From the human T2T-CHM13v2.0 reference genome, Homo sapiens, in NCBI RefSeq assembly GCF_009914755.1, contig NC_060947.1: 64,000 bases of DNA; one strand, given 5' to 3'. Position 1 is the first letter of the stretch. The number at the start of each line of letters is the position of its first letter. Below the pieces are notes generated by a model. It did no database searches, was not told the DNA's origin, and saw only the letters and a list, made by a program, of their open reading frames with translations. Below are positions 17,509-35,680 of the stretch, one piece after another. The translations under genes and the position numbers were made by a program.

Positions 17509-19175
17509 TATGGGTAATTAAGCAAGGTAACAGTTACAATGGGTAAGATGAGGCATTGCTATCTGTCTTTTATTTTATGTTCAGTCACTTCCCTAAGGCT
17601 ATGAGATATACCTTGTTTAAATTTCGAGAGATCCCCAAGCATAGTAGCAGCCATTTGGGCCACAGTATTGATGACACAAAGATTTGCTAATTGGTGCAAA
17701 TAAGCAGTTGTTAAATTTATTCAGAACCTATGTTGTAAAGTGTATAAGTCAAATCAGCCCCCTTTTATCTTTTTGTTTTATAAATTAGGTAAATGTATTC
17801 CCAATTGTGTCAAATTATGGCCATTTCAGGTTTTTTTTTCTTTTGCCTCCCCCTATGTCCAGTTTTCTTTTACTTTTCTCTTTCTCTCTCTCTCTCTCTC
17901 TTCCCTGCCCCCGACCCCCCGCCCCCCGTGGGTGATTATCGGATATCCTTTGGAAGAAGGAGAGTTCTCTCTACCCTATTTATCTTTATGAATTACTTCC
18001 TCTAGAGAACCTCAAATCAGTATTATTAGGGTTAGCCTCCCCCACAGCAATGGTGGTTTTATAGGGTTTAAGGACCCTGGACTTCAGTCAGATTTGAATT
18101 AACCCCTTGGTATGCCATACAGTTGCCATGGGTGTTTCTCCCTATAACCCTCAAGATCAGTATCATTCTTATGACAGAGGCATAGGCAGTAGAAGCAAAG
18201 GCATTTTGAAGGATCCTAGTGAGCCACCTGCTTTTAGGAGTGTGGACCTCCACATGTCACATATGACTGGTTTTTCCCCTCTATTGGCTGCTTTTTCACT
18301 TTCTAATGATTTCTCATTCATAAGCCATCATTCAATAGCTCAATATATCACAGAGGATATAAGTCTTTCCCCTGAGCACTCTATACAATGGGGGGTAATG
18401 CTGGTTGAGACATACAATTAATCTGTCACAGGGCCCAGGTGGTTCCCTCAGCCTAGAGTCATTAAGAGCTTATGCTGAAATTAAAACACGTTATTCATTC
18501 TAAGACACAGTTAACCTGAGCCAAGGCACATGACACAGGGCCACATTAAGGAAGATACCAGTCCCATACTCCTGTGAATTATCTAAACTCAGACTTAGGT
18601 ATATTAAATCTATAAAGGAGGCTTCAGTACAACTCAGCAAATGTAGCACAAAGAAGCTCAGCTCAAAGATTGTGCTAGCCTGCAAGTAGTGGCTCTTAAG
18701 TGCCTGCTGGTTTTCAGGCAGAAGACCCAGTTAGCAAGTCAAAGAAAGACAATAAAGATCCCCAAGATGGTGGTCATAATCTAGACATCCTCCTTACTGC
18801 ATCACTTGTGGACCCTTGCAGAGGTAGATAGATCTTCACCCAAAATTTGGTCTGCAGAAACTACATACCAACCAAGAGGATATTTCATACCAACAGGGTA
18901 TGAAAAAGTTTACTATGCATATGAGGCTTGCTTGAGACAGCAGTGTGGCTCCCAAGCAGGTCTGAAAATGGCTTGAGAATGCAGGGAAGGAAACTGGTGT
19001 TTAGAGGATAGGGTCAAGGTGAGGGTTCCTATGTATAGTTTGAACTTCCCTCCAGTATCACAGAAGGGAGCACCCAGGCTTTCCTATCAACTTTCCCAGA
19101 TTTGAGGCAGAAGGGAAAAGAGGAGGGTTTATGCTTTAAAGCTGAAACATCAAAAATGGGCAGTCTTTATTACCA

Positions 19176-19560
19176 TACAATGGAACATGATTGTGCCATA
19201 AAAAGGAATGAAGTACTCCCCTTAATGCATGCTACACTATAGATGGCCCTTTTAAACAATATGCTAAATAAAAGAAGTCAAACTCAAAGGGACATATAAT
19301 GTACAATTCCATTTATATAAAATGTCTAGAATAAGCAAATTCATAGAGGCAGAAAGTAGAACAATAGTTGTCAAGGTCTGGGGATTGGAATGGGGAGTGA
19401 CTCCTAACGGGCATAGAGTATCTTTCCAGGGTGATAAAAATGTTTTGGAATTAAACAATGGTGATGTTTGAACAACATTGTGAAAATACTGAAATGCACT
19501 GAATTGTACCCTTTAGCAGAGTCAATATTTTGGTGTGTGAATTATATCTCAATAAAACAA
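19176..19560 (+). mobile_element. 3' end of the ancient L1M (L1MB8/L1ME1-like)
   Basis: TACAATGGAAC...ATAAAAAGGAATGAAGTACT...GTGAATTATATCTCAATAAA. Confidence 0.88.
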
Positions 19561-19899
19561 TCATATTAGATTTCTATACAACTATAGGTTAAATTTGCAT
19601 AAAAACATAGCAAAAGAAGTTGAATTTTTGTATACAGTAATCTTCTTGAGAGCAAGGACTCTAATTTATTTCTGAAACCAGAGTGTATGACACATAGTGG
19701 GCATTTGATATATTCTTTGAATGTGTGAGTGAGGCATAAACTCATTAATTTAGCCAGTCTTTATTGAAAACACAGTATATTCTACCACTATGATAAAACA
19801 TTGTTAGCTTACAAATTCAATCTCATTTAAAAATAAGAGAAATAAAAAATAAGCATTTCCTGCCCATGGCAATAAATTCAGAACATAATAAAATATATT

Positions 19900-20357
19900 A
19901 GGAAGAGAAAAAACCTAAAGTGCCACTGATCAGAGATGACCACTGCCAACATTTTGTAGCGTACCCTTCATACTTTTCTCTATGTATGACACACATATAT
20001 ATAAACACAATCATAAATATCTTTTTTAAATGTGTAGAAATGCCATATACTTTGTAAACTGTTATTTTAGCTTGATAATAGGAAGTACATATAATTTTAC
20101 TTCAAATAATATACCTACATCATCATCATTAAAACTTTTCATTGAAAAACGGCATCTATGTTTAAAAGTGTATAAATCATAAGAATGAAGTTAAATAAAC
20201 TCTCATAAATTGAACAAACCTGTATAATCATTGCCCATATCAAGAAACAGTACTTTACCATCACTCCTGAACCACCTCCTCATGCCCCTTACCAGTTACT
20301 ATTCCCTCAAGAGTAGTCACTATCCTGACTTTCAAAACTACAAATTACATTTGTTTT
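19900..20357 (-). mobile_element. Old L1ME 3' fragments
   Basis: Motifs such as CCACTGCCAACATTTTG and CACTATCCTGACTTTC. Confidence 0.55.
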
Positions 20358-20370
20358 AAAAAGTTAAATA

Positions 20371-22282
20371 GGAGCCGGGGCAGGATGGCCCGGCATCTGC
20401 TCCATGGAGCTCACAGCCCAGCCTAGGCTGGCAACTCCAGTCTGCCCCAGTTTCCAGTTCTGTCCATTCCCCTTGCAGCTCAGCATGGATGAAGCTTTGA
20501 AATCCAGCTCTCCCTCTCCCTCTCCCGTCTCCCCACGGTCTCCCCCGTCTCCCCACAGTCTCCCTCTCCCTCTCCCGTCTCCCCACGGTCTCCCTCTCCC
20601 TCTGTTTCCACGGTCTCCCTCTCATGCCGAGCCGAAGCTGGACTGTACTGCTGCCATCTCGGCTCACTGCAACCTCCCTGCCTGATTCTCCTGCCTCAGC
20701 CTGCCTAGTGCCTGCGATTGCAGGCACGCGCTGACACGCCTGACTGGTTTTCGTATTTTTTTTGGTGGAGACGGGGTTTCGCTGTGTTGGCCTGGCCGGT
20801 CTCCAGCTCCTGACCGCGAGTGATCCGCCAGCCTTGGCCTCCCGAGGTGCTGGGATTGCAGACGGAGTCTCCTTCACTCAGTGCTCAATGGTGCCCTGGC
20901 TGGAGTGCAGTGGCATGATCTCGGCTCGCTACAACCTCCACCTCCCAGCCGCCTTCCTTGGCCTCCCAAAGTGCCGAGATTGCATCCTCTGCCCGGCCGC
21001 CACCCTGTCTGGAAAGTGAGGAGCGTCTCTGCCTGGCCGCCCATCGTCTGGGATGTGAGGAGCCCCTCTGACTGGCTGCCCAGTCTGGGAAGTGAGGAGC
21101 GTCTCCGTCCGGCCGCCATCCCATCTAGGAAGTGAGGAGCGCCTCTTCCCGGCCGCCATCCCATCTAGGAAGTGAAGAGTCGGGCTGCCCATCGTCTGAG
21201 ATGTGGGGAGTGCCTCTGCCCTGCCGCCCCGTCTGGGATGTGAGGAGCGCCTCTGCCCGGCCGCGACCCCGTCTGGGAGGTGAGGAGCGTCTCTGCCTGG
21301 CCACCCCGTCTGAGAAGTGAGGAGACCCTCTGCCTGGCAACCGCCCCGTCTGAGAAGTGAGGAGCCCCTCTGCCCAGCAGCCGCCCCGTCTGAGAAGTGA
21401 GGAGCCTCTCCGCCCGACAGCCACCCCGTCTGGGAAGTGAGGAGCGTCTCCGCCCGGCAGCCACCCCGTCCGGGAGGGAGGTGGGGGGGTCAGCCCCCGC
21501 CCAGCCAGCCGCCCCATCCGGGAGGGAGGTGGGGGGGTCACCCCCCTGCCCGGCCAGCCGCCCCGTCTGGGAGGGAGGTGGGGGGGTCAGCCCCCCGCCC
21601 GGCCAGCCACCCCGTCCGGGAGGTGAGGGGCGCCTCTGCCCAGCAGCCCCTACTGGGAAGTGAGGAGCCCCTCTGCCCGGCCAGCCGCCCCGTCCGGGAG
21701 GGAGGTAGGGGGGTCAGCCCCCCGCCCGGCCAGCCACCCCGTCTGGGAGGTGTGCCCAACAGCTCATTGAGAACGGGCCAGGATGACAATCGCGGCTTTG
21801 TGGAATAGAAACGGGGGAAAGGTGGGGAAAAGATTGAGAAATCGGATGGTTGCCGTGTCTGTGTAGAAAGAAGTAGACATGGGAGACTTTTCATTTTGTT
21901 CTATACTAAGAAAAATTCTTCTGCCTTGGGATCCTGTTGATCTGTGACCTTACCCCCAACCCTGTGCTCTCTGAAACATGTGCTGTGTCCACTCAGGGTT
22001 AAATGGATTAAGGGCGGTGCAAGATGTGCTTTGTTAAACAGATGCTTGAAGGCAGCATGCTCGTTAAGAGTCGTCACCACTCCCTAATCTCAAGTACCCA
22101 GGGACACAAACACTGCGGAAGGCCGCAGGGTCCTCTGCCTAGGAAAACCAGAGACCTTTGTTCACTTGTTTATCTGCTCACCTTCCCTCCACTATTGTCC
22201 TATGACCCTGCCAAATCCCCCTCTGTGAGAAACACCCAAGAATGATCAATAAAAAGTAAATAAATAAATAAATAAATAAATA
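20371..22282 (+). mobile_element. Full-length SVA (late D / E-like) with 5' extension
   Basis: CCCTCT hexamer region from 20508, Alu-like domain, GC-rich VNTR (~20985-21750), SINE-R, AATAAA at 22248 and a (TAAA)n tail. 13-bp TSD AAAAAGTTAAATA at 20358-20370 and 22283-22295. Confidence 0.98.
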
Positions 22283-22295
22283 AAAAAGTTAAATA

Positions 22296-25548
<3,253 letters not shown>

Positions 25549-28380
25549 CTTGCTTATAAGTTTTTTGAGATCTTTAGGAATTCCATCTACTACATCTAAG
25601 GTATCAAATTTGTTGGCACAGAGTTATTTACAGTATCTTTTTAATATCATTTTAGTGACCATGGACTCAGTAGTTATAACCCCTCTTTCATTTCTGGTAT
25701 TGGCAATTTGTTTTTCTACTTTCTTGGTTAGATAGAGGCTTATCACTTTTATTTGCATTTTTAAAAAAACAGGTTTTGGTGTCTTTTTTTCTTATTATCT
25801 TTCTGTTTTCAATTTCATTGATTTCTGCTCCATTTTTAATTATTTCTTCAATTCTACTTGCTTTAGGCTCAAATTATTCATTTTATTTTATTTTATTAAC
25901 TTTTCTAAGGTAAAAGCCTAGATTTTGAATGTAGATATTTATTCTTTCCTGAAACACAGATTTCATGTTATAATTTCCCTCTACTACTTTCACAGCACCC
26001 CACAAACTATAAAAAAGTTGTATTTTTATTATACTGTATATTTTAGAAGGGCTCTAGGTTTACAGAAAAATTGAGAAGATAGCGGAATTTCCATGCACCT
26101 TACACACACTTTCCCTTATCTTTAAAATCCTTTATTGGCATGTTTCATTTGTCACAGTTAATGAACCAATATAAATACATTATGATTAATTAAGTCCATA
26201 GTTTATTTATATTTCCTTATTTTTTAACCTAATGTTCTTTTTTTGTTCTAGAATACCACATTATTTTTGGTTGTCATGTCTTTTTAGGTTCCTCTTGTCT
26301 GTGGTAATTTCTCAGACTTTGCTTGTTTTGATAGCCTTCACAGTTTCGAGGAGTAATGGTCAGTTATTTTGTAAGATTCCTTATGATTAGAGTTTGATGA
26401 TGATCTCATGATAATACCAGGTTGTGGGTAACTGAGAGAAAGCCATAAAGGTAAAGTGGCATGTTAATCACATCATATCGATGATACATACTATTCATAT
26501 GATTTATGATTATTGATGTTGGCCTTGATGACCTTGCTGAGATAGTATTTGTCAGGTTTCTCCACTGTAAAACTCCCCCATTTCTATATCGTACTCTTTG
26601 AAGGAAGTGACAATGTGCATCCCATACTTCACACTTAAGAACTGGGGAGTTATGTTCCTTCTCTTTATCTACATAAATTATTTGGAAATCTTCTACATGG
26701 GAGATTTTTCCCTTCTCTTCATTCATTCAATCATTTATTTATATCAGTATAGACTCCTGGGTATTTACTTTACACATTGCATTATAATCTAATGTTACTT
26801 TATTTTGTTGTTCAAATTGTTATAGCTTTTGTCATTGGGAGCTCTTTCAGTTGGTTCCTATGCTTCTTTAACAAACCCCCATCTATGTGGTAGACTTTTT
26901 TGTTTGTTGTTTTGCTTGTATAATAGCATTCCCTTATTTTCTGGTTCCACAAAATGTTCCATGCTCATCATATATATATACCGCACCAGTCCTAGAATCA
27001 TCCATTTCTCAAAGGAGCCCTGATTCCTTTTATTGGAAAATAGTATTAGAAAACAAGAGCTGGGTGCTAGGTGTGCTCTTTTCTACTTTAGTGTCATTTC
27101 TTTAAGGCCTCAGCAAACAGAAAAAAATATATGTGTGGCTACTAACCCACGTATATACCAATATCTATAAATATTTTATATAAAATTATCTGTATCTATA
27201 TTAGGCTAAACATAAGTTCATATTGATATCTCCAACTCTAACCCATTGTTACACGAATGACTCTAGCCTCCTCCCCTTTCTTATCTATAAATTTACATTC
27301 CTACGGTCAGGAAACCTGGTTTCTACCTCCATACATGTATAACAGTATTAGCATGATTAACCCATACCTCATAGGAGATACAACTTTATCAAATACAGTG
27401 GTTATGAGTAGTTACTTTTGCCTTTATTCTTATAGACTTCACTTATTTCCAGAGTTATTTAAGTAAGCATCTTCCCCCTCCACTTCCATGGATTTTTTTT
27501 TCAAGCACTTGTAATACATTTACATTATCTTGTCACAGTCTGCATTCCTTTGCGGAACTTTCTGACCTAAGAAATTTTGTTTTAAATTTACATACCTTAA
27601 GGTTTATTCTTTGTGAAGTAAAGTTATATGAGTTTTTATAAATACATAATGTTATATACCCACCATTGTAGTATTATACAGAATAAATTCACTGCCCTAA
27701 AAATCCTCTTTGCTCCATCTACTCATTACTCCCTCTCATCTCCAAACCCCTGGCACCCACTGATCATTTTACTGTCTCTATAGTTTTGCCTCTATCTTAT
27801 GTCATATAATTGGAATCATTCAATATGTAGCCTTTTTAGACTGACTTCTTTCACTTAGCAGCATGCATATAAGGTACTTCTATGTCTTTTAATGATTTGA
27901 TATCTCATTCTTATCACTCAACAACATTCTGTTGTATGGATGTACCACAGTTTCTTTAACCATTCACCGATTGAAGAACATCCTGGTTGCTTCCAGTTGT
28001 TGGCATTTATAAGCAAAGCTACAATAAACATTTGTTTGTAGATTTTTATTTGAACATGAGTTTTCAAGTTAATAGGTTAAAATACCTAAAAGAGTGGTTT
28101 CTGGGACTTATAGTAAGACTATGTCTAGCTGTGTAAGAAACTGTCAAACTCTCTTTCAAAGTGTCTGTACCATTTTGCATTCCCACTGCAATGAATGAGA
28201 CTGTTTTTTCTCCACATCCCTGCCAGCATATTATATTGTCAGGTTTTTTTGTGTACGTGTTTTAGCCATTCTAATAAGCATGTAACAGTATTTCATTATG
28301 GTTTTAATTTGCAATTATCTGATGACAAATTATATTGAGCATATTTTCATATGCTTATTTACTGACTGCATATCTTCTAG
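25549..28380 (-). mobile_element. Old L1M ORF2 and L1MC 3'UTR fragments
   Basis: T-rich antisense L1 motifs (e.g. GGTTGCTTCCAGT, CCATTTTGCATTCCCAC, AGGTTTACAGAAAAATTGAG). Confidence 0.8.
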
Positions 28381-29489
28381 CCTCTGATTTAACTTCATAA
28401 GTGAACTTCATTTGGCAAGTCTCTGAAAACTTAACAAATAAAAAATGATTGATTTTTTTAACATAGGTCCTCAAACAGTTTTCTTTTTTGGTTGGAAGAA
28501 CTTCTGAATAAATGTCTGAGAATTAAGTTATATTAATTTACAGGGGAAAGACATGCTATTCTGGCTTACATTGACATAATCATGGATATAAACTCAAAGA
28601 TGCAAGTAATTGTCACAGGCAAGCACTCTCACATTAACAGGAGAGCTCTCCTGTTCTTATCCTACATCTCAGGCCATGACTTCTCTGTCCATTTCTCTAG
28701 TCTACTTCCCCTGTGTCTCTCCTTTGGACTCCCACTGTAGTCTGTACAGATTTATATTTAAGAATCTGCAGTTCCTATTTTGTTCTTTTTCACTTATGTA
28801 TCTGCCTCTGACACAGTATTGTGAAATTCACAACTGTAATAGATCATGCTTCATTGATCTTTTTATATCCAGCATACAGAACACTTCTGGAAATAAGGTG
28901 GGCATAACTGAGCCTTTGCTACCATAAAAATTAATATTTTATAGAGACCACAGATAGGAAAAACATACACTTCCAATAGGAACTTCATATAATGCATGCT
29001 ATTTTTGTAGGCACCATTTGTGTAGCTTTTGAGCATCAACTTCTGAGCAAACTATTAAGCAACTGTGAAGTTTTCTGGGAAAATCTCACTGATGAAAGTT
29101 TTGTATAATAGCCCACATGGTAACTGGCAAACTTCTCATCAAAAAGCCTGACTTAGGCAGAATTTTCAAAAGCATCTCAATCATTAATGTAATATTTTAG
29201 AATTTTCATGATACACATAAATCCATTTTGATGTTTCTTAACAATTTATATTTTATCATCCCCCCACCCCCAGAGAACTATTTCATTTTATTCTAATTTC
29301 ATTATATTATCTCATCTTTAACTCAAACTCACTTAAAAGGAAATGTTATAACACTATTTAAAAGGTGAAAAAACCCCATTATGTGTCATGGCAAATAGTT
29401 CATAAACTTAATATAATAAAATATAAAAAGTATAAAATTCTAAAAATTAAAAACTGAAATAGAAATGATCAGTATAATTTATTTCCTTT

Positions 29490-30459
29490 TACTAAGCACT
29501 CTGTAAGTGCTGTGTCATTTAATCTTCATAATTGCCTTTTTGAACTTTGTGTACCACTCAATTCATCTTGGTGACTGACTACCACTTGCCTGAGTGAAAC
29601 TCTGGAAAGCACAAACAAACAAGCAAACAAAAAAACAGCCTCTTTTGAAATGATACAGAGTTGAGCTTTAATACTAGTATCTACAATCTACCACTATCCA
29701 ACCTTATAAAATATAAAAATCTTCACTACTCTTCATTGCATGGATGAAATAAACATATAAAGCAACAAGCACAGTGCCTAACAAAAAGCAAACACTCAAA
29801 AATACCAGTTATTATTATTGGCATTATTGTTCAATAGATGTACATAACATTAATGTTCTTAGATTTGAGCGTTAGACAACATTTCCCACATATTTTCTTG
29901 ATGTTTGAATACGTATTTTCCTGGAAATAAGTCTTAGTCTCAAAAATGTTAAGTGGCTCAATTTCTTACGGCTTCTACATTCTAATTTCCCACTTCAATC
30001 CCCAGCCTATATCCCATTCGGCCACCAGCCAGTTTCCCTGACTGAACAAGCTCTCTCACACCTCTGTATCCATTCTCTCCTTCATACACACACATGCTAG
30101 AGAAGTCTCTGGTTGTTAATAAAGCTTTACATTCTTCACCATCTTACGTTTTCTGTGTTCTTTTATTTTCTGTTGCTATACACTAGAATAAAATATTGAT
30201 GAGAGTAAGCTATCTGTCTGTTGTGCTCCCTGCTATATTCCCAGAGGCTGAAATTGATCAATAAATATTTGTTGAATTAATTACCTGACCTTTGTACTAG
30301 TCTTGGATACACAGTTGGATGCATATGGGGCTTCCACTTAAACTCTTGGAAACATGGAAATTGGACAAGTTAATCTTTTGGGGAAGGCCCATCATCCAGA
30401 GAGAAGAGTACAACCAACACTTCAGGCCAGGATGGAATTCTACCTCTCTTTCTCTCTAC

Positions 30460-30460
<1 letters not shown>
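29490..30460 (+). repeat. Ancient duplicated segment, copy 1 (paralog of 55840-56818)
   Basis: Collinear similarity over ~950 bp, including an identical 30-mer at 30348-30377. Confidence 0.92.
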
Positions 30461-32202
<1,742 letters not shown>

Positions 32203-33139
32203 TTCCCCTACACTTTACAAGTAAAAACTGATTGATTTAAAAATGAATTAACTGGAGAGATTAATGAATGAATATAAGACTGTTAATCCAATTATTTAAG
32301 TGTTTGGGTGAAAAGCATAAACATGCAGGAATATGAAATCAAGCCTCTGGACCCACAAACAGCGGCATTTTCAAGCACAGACATGCAAGTTCATAATCAC
32401 AAGGATTCAGTCCTCCAGATGTGAATCCTGCTCCTAATTCCTCTACTCTTTCTCCCTCAAATTTTTTTGTCTCCTCTCCTTCTTTTCTCTCTTTCTACTG
32501 CAAATATGCCCTGTAAAGCCTACGAATGAGAATTTACATTCTTCTGTTTGTTTGTTTTCCTAGGAGACGGTTAAGAACAAGAACCAGTTTTTACTTGGTC
32601 TTTACATATGCTCTATCAGTCAGTTACACTGCATGAAACATACAGGCATTGCAGAGGGTTTACTAAATGAATGCATTTCATAATGAAACAGTGATAGCGA
32701 AAACACCCACTTTCAAACTGGAGGCAGTACACTAGTTGCTTTCCACATAGGTATCCTATGTGTGGCTTTTGTGTATCAGGAGCCATGCAAAGTCTTCTAG
32801 AAGCTGGTAGATGTCACAGGGATAGAAAGCAGATTCATTTGTCCATGGGCCTCTACACAGTGCATAGCATGGTTTTCAGCACACAAAAAGGGGTAAATCA
32901 ACATTACTTAACTTAGTCATATATATATACCTTTTCAAATCTGCCACCCCCAAATATAATGTAAACTAAATATTTCACAGGAAAGGAAAAATACCATTTG
33001 TCACGAGTCAAACTCTAAAATAGACGGATGATGTAACAGCAGTATGGAATTTTAAAATGTACATTAGTGGCTTTCAGAGACACAGGGATTTCTTTACAAG
33101 ACTGTGTAAAATGTGGGGACAATGACCAATGTAGGCAAT

Positions 33140-33345
33140 GGCCTGTGATGCATGCCTCTTAAATCCCAGCTCTGCACTTCCCAGCTGTGTGAACAGGGGC
33201 AAGTAGTCTATCCTTCTGAACTTAAATTTCCTCATCTGTGAAACTGGAAGAAAGAAACTTATGTAACAGGGAATTTATGAAAACTATCAGTAAGATATGT
33301 CAAGCACCTGATACATGGTGGGCCCTGAAACAGCAATTATTATGT
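33140..33345 (+). mobile_element. MIR
   Basis: AAATCCCAGCTCTGCACTTCCCAGCTGTGTGA...TTTCCTCATCTGTGAAA core. Confidence 0.8.
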
Positions 33346-34349
33346 ATTCTGATATTTTAGTTAAGAGAAACCGCCTTCAGCCAATATAATTTCTTTATTA
33401 GAATTTTAGTAATTCCACACAATAAGAAGTTCATCGGATGCAAAAATCACCCTTCTGAGATGTAGGCTGGTAGTAAAAGCCATTTGATCAAAGCTAAAGT
33501 GAAAGAATCTCAGAGTGTCATGGGTGTTCCCTCAGAGCATATCTATTGTAGTTTAGGAAAACTACTAACACAACCACTGATTTTCAAACTTGCCTCAAAA
33601 TAAATAACATGGAAAAAGATGGAAAAAGGGAAAGGGAAACCTCATATTTTTCCCATCTTGTACTCCCAGAGAATGGCTGGCCCAGAGCCCACAGTCAGAA
33701 ACACTCGTTGATGGTGGAAATCTCTCCAGAACTGGCTGAGTTCATTGGCAGTATGAGATGTTTTAGTGTGGAACAGGGAATGCAGCCATTTCCTGATAAC
33801 AATTTTGATACATGTATATGCCTTGCTATCTTCATCTCATGAATTTGTGGAGTTTTAGAACAGCTTGGTGACCCTGGAAAGCCTGTTCTAGCCTGTGGGT
33901 ACACAGTGTCATTGATAAGTAAACTATCTTCCTCGTGGGCTGGCCGGATGTCTTTGTGGAGGGGAAGGCATCCTTCCAAGACTGGAATTCTCTCATGCAG
34001 GGACTAGCTTGCATAAAAGACCCTCCTCCAGATCCAGCCTCATCAAGACCTTGAAGCAGCTGTAAGCACCAATCATTTTATCCCTTCACAAGGACTTGAA
34101 ACAAACTCCATTCCTCTGCCTCTGCAGAAATTAGTGTTGAATTTTCCAGCATTTGGCCAAAGGAGCAGGAGAACAACCTTTAAGATGAGGAGCTTCTGAA
34201 AGTGTTAGGAGATGGGAGGAAAATGTTGCAGAGATGTGTGCATGAGAAACGGGGAGGGGAGCAGAGAGAACTCCAGGGGCAAGTTAAGCAGTGGGGGTCT
34301 GCCTATACTGCCGTCTTTGTGGGGTGTTCTCATCAATAAGCCTGGAAGA

Positions 34350-34515
34350 TTCCACTCATTCAGCTACTTCCTAGTGGTCAGATACTGGGCAAGTTACATA
34401 ATGCCTTAGATCTCAATCTTCTCCCTTGTGAAAATGGGAATGACAACGTTGCATTTGAAGGGTTTTCATTAGGGTTAAATGAAAAAGGTACATGAAGTGC
34501 CTAGTGTAGCCCATC
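34350..34515 (+). mobile_element. MIR
   Basis: GGGCAAGTTAC...CTCAATCTTCTCCCTTGTGAAAATGGG. Confidence 0.7.
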
Positions 34516-34919
34516 CATAATTATGTGTCCTATTACACAACAATAGCGTCCACTTTATTTTCAACTCTTTCATAACATCATTCTGCTTGCATTGTGTTTA
34601 ATTATATAATCGTGTTTCTTTCTGAAAGCCACTATCATATGAAAATAAAATACAATATGTAAATCACAGTACATGTCTACCCAGATAAAACCAGAGAGCT
34701 GAAAACACCACCTCAAGTCATGCTGTGTAGTAGGAACTGTGCTACTCTGTAAAGAGGTCATGGAAAATGAATGAGACTTCTGCCCTTAGGTATCTCACGG
34801 CTGCCCAGCTGTGTTTCTGTGGCATCTGGTACCTATGTGGTGCCGACACAAATGGCAACTACTGGAATAGCTGCAGACTACAAAGAGAATGTTTTCCCTA
34901 TAAGTGTCATTTTCAAAAG

Positions 34920-35680
34920 ATTAATTAATTCAATGACTATTCAGTAGTGCCCTTCTGGTTGTATCAGAGAGTGTGGATGGTGGGTTCACAAAGACCAACA
35001 AAACATGGCCCTTTCCCTCACAAGTCTCCCATCTAGCACAGGACACAAACACATTCATTACATCCACAGGTATTTTCTGAGTGACTCCAGTGTATGCTCA
35101 GCAGAGATCTGGGCTGCTTGGGATATACCAGTGAGCAAGAGACAAAGATCCCTACCATCAGGAGCTAATACTCTAGCAGGAGCCATCATTGGCTAGGAAA
35201 GAGAACAGCAATAATCATCACTAAGTAATTACATAGTCTGTTAGATGCAAAATACTATAACAGAAAGGAAACTTGGGCCAAGGAAAAGAGGATCTGGGGT
35301 ATCAGCAACAGGGTGGCAAGGAAGCGTGGGTTTAGCAGTCCATCATAAGGTGGCCTGGGTAGGCCTCATCTAGAAGGTGAGAAGTGATCAAGGCCTCAAG
35401 GTGAGTGAGCAAGTTATCATTGTAGATATGGGAAAGGAGCATTCCAAGCAGAGGGAATGGCTAGAGCAAAGGCCTTGAGGAGGGAAGGAGCCTGCCTGAC
35501 ATAACCCAGAAGCTGCAGAGTCCAGGTCTGCTAGAGATGTGTGGCTCATGGGGACTGGTAGGGACAAAGTCAAAGAGGAAATGGGCCAGATGTTGTAGGG
35601 CCTTGTAGGTTTTGGAAGCATTTAACATTTTACTCTGATGCATAAACACAGGGCCACTAGAAAGGGTTTGGTTTCTGAAT
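34920..35680 (-). mobile_element. L2 fragments
   Basis: GGGAAAGGAGCATTCCAAGCAGAGGGAATGGC...AAAGGCCTTGAGG, typical of antisense L2a. Confidence 0.75.

Larger units (their letters stand above)
13150..19175 (-). mobile_element. Decayed ERVL-class provirus with MER76-like LTRs
   Basis: Two co-oriented homologous LTRs (13150-14145 including an insert; 18807-19175). PPT-like tract 14146-14170, PBS-like 18787-18804, pol remnants on the minus strand. The host L1M continues in register on both sides. Confidence 0.85.

Noticed and set aside
20762-22245. Many overlapping Pro/Arg/Gly-rich ORFs and ~40-bp repeats that superficially resemble an array
   Set aside because: These are the GC-rich SVA VNTR and SINE-R. 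There are no unique spacers, so it is not CRISPR-like.
29040-29150. Weak similarity to 57270-57390 suggesting a larger duplicated unit
   Set aside because: Short, AT-rich, gapped and out of order relative to the clear duplication. It needs a statistical alignment.
33609-34065. Unique, moderately GC-rich stretch with short ORFs and possible acceptor (33669) and donor (34062)
   Set aside because: Stops occur in all plus frames and no protein is recognisable. It could be a lncRNA exon but cannot be supported from sequence.
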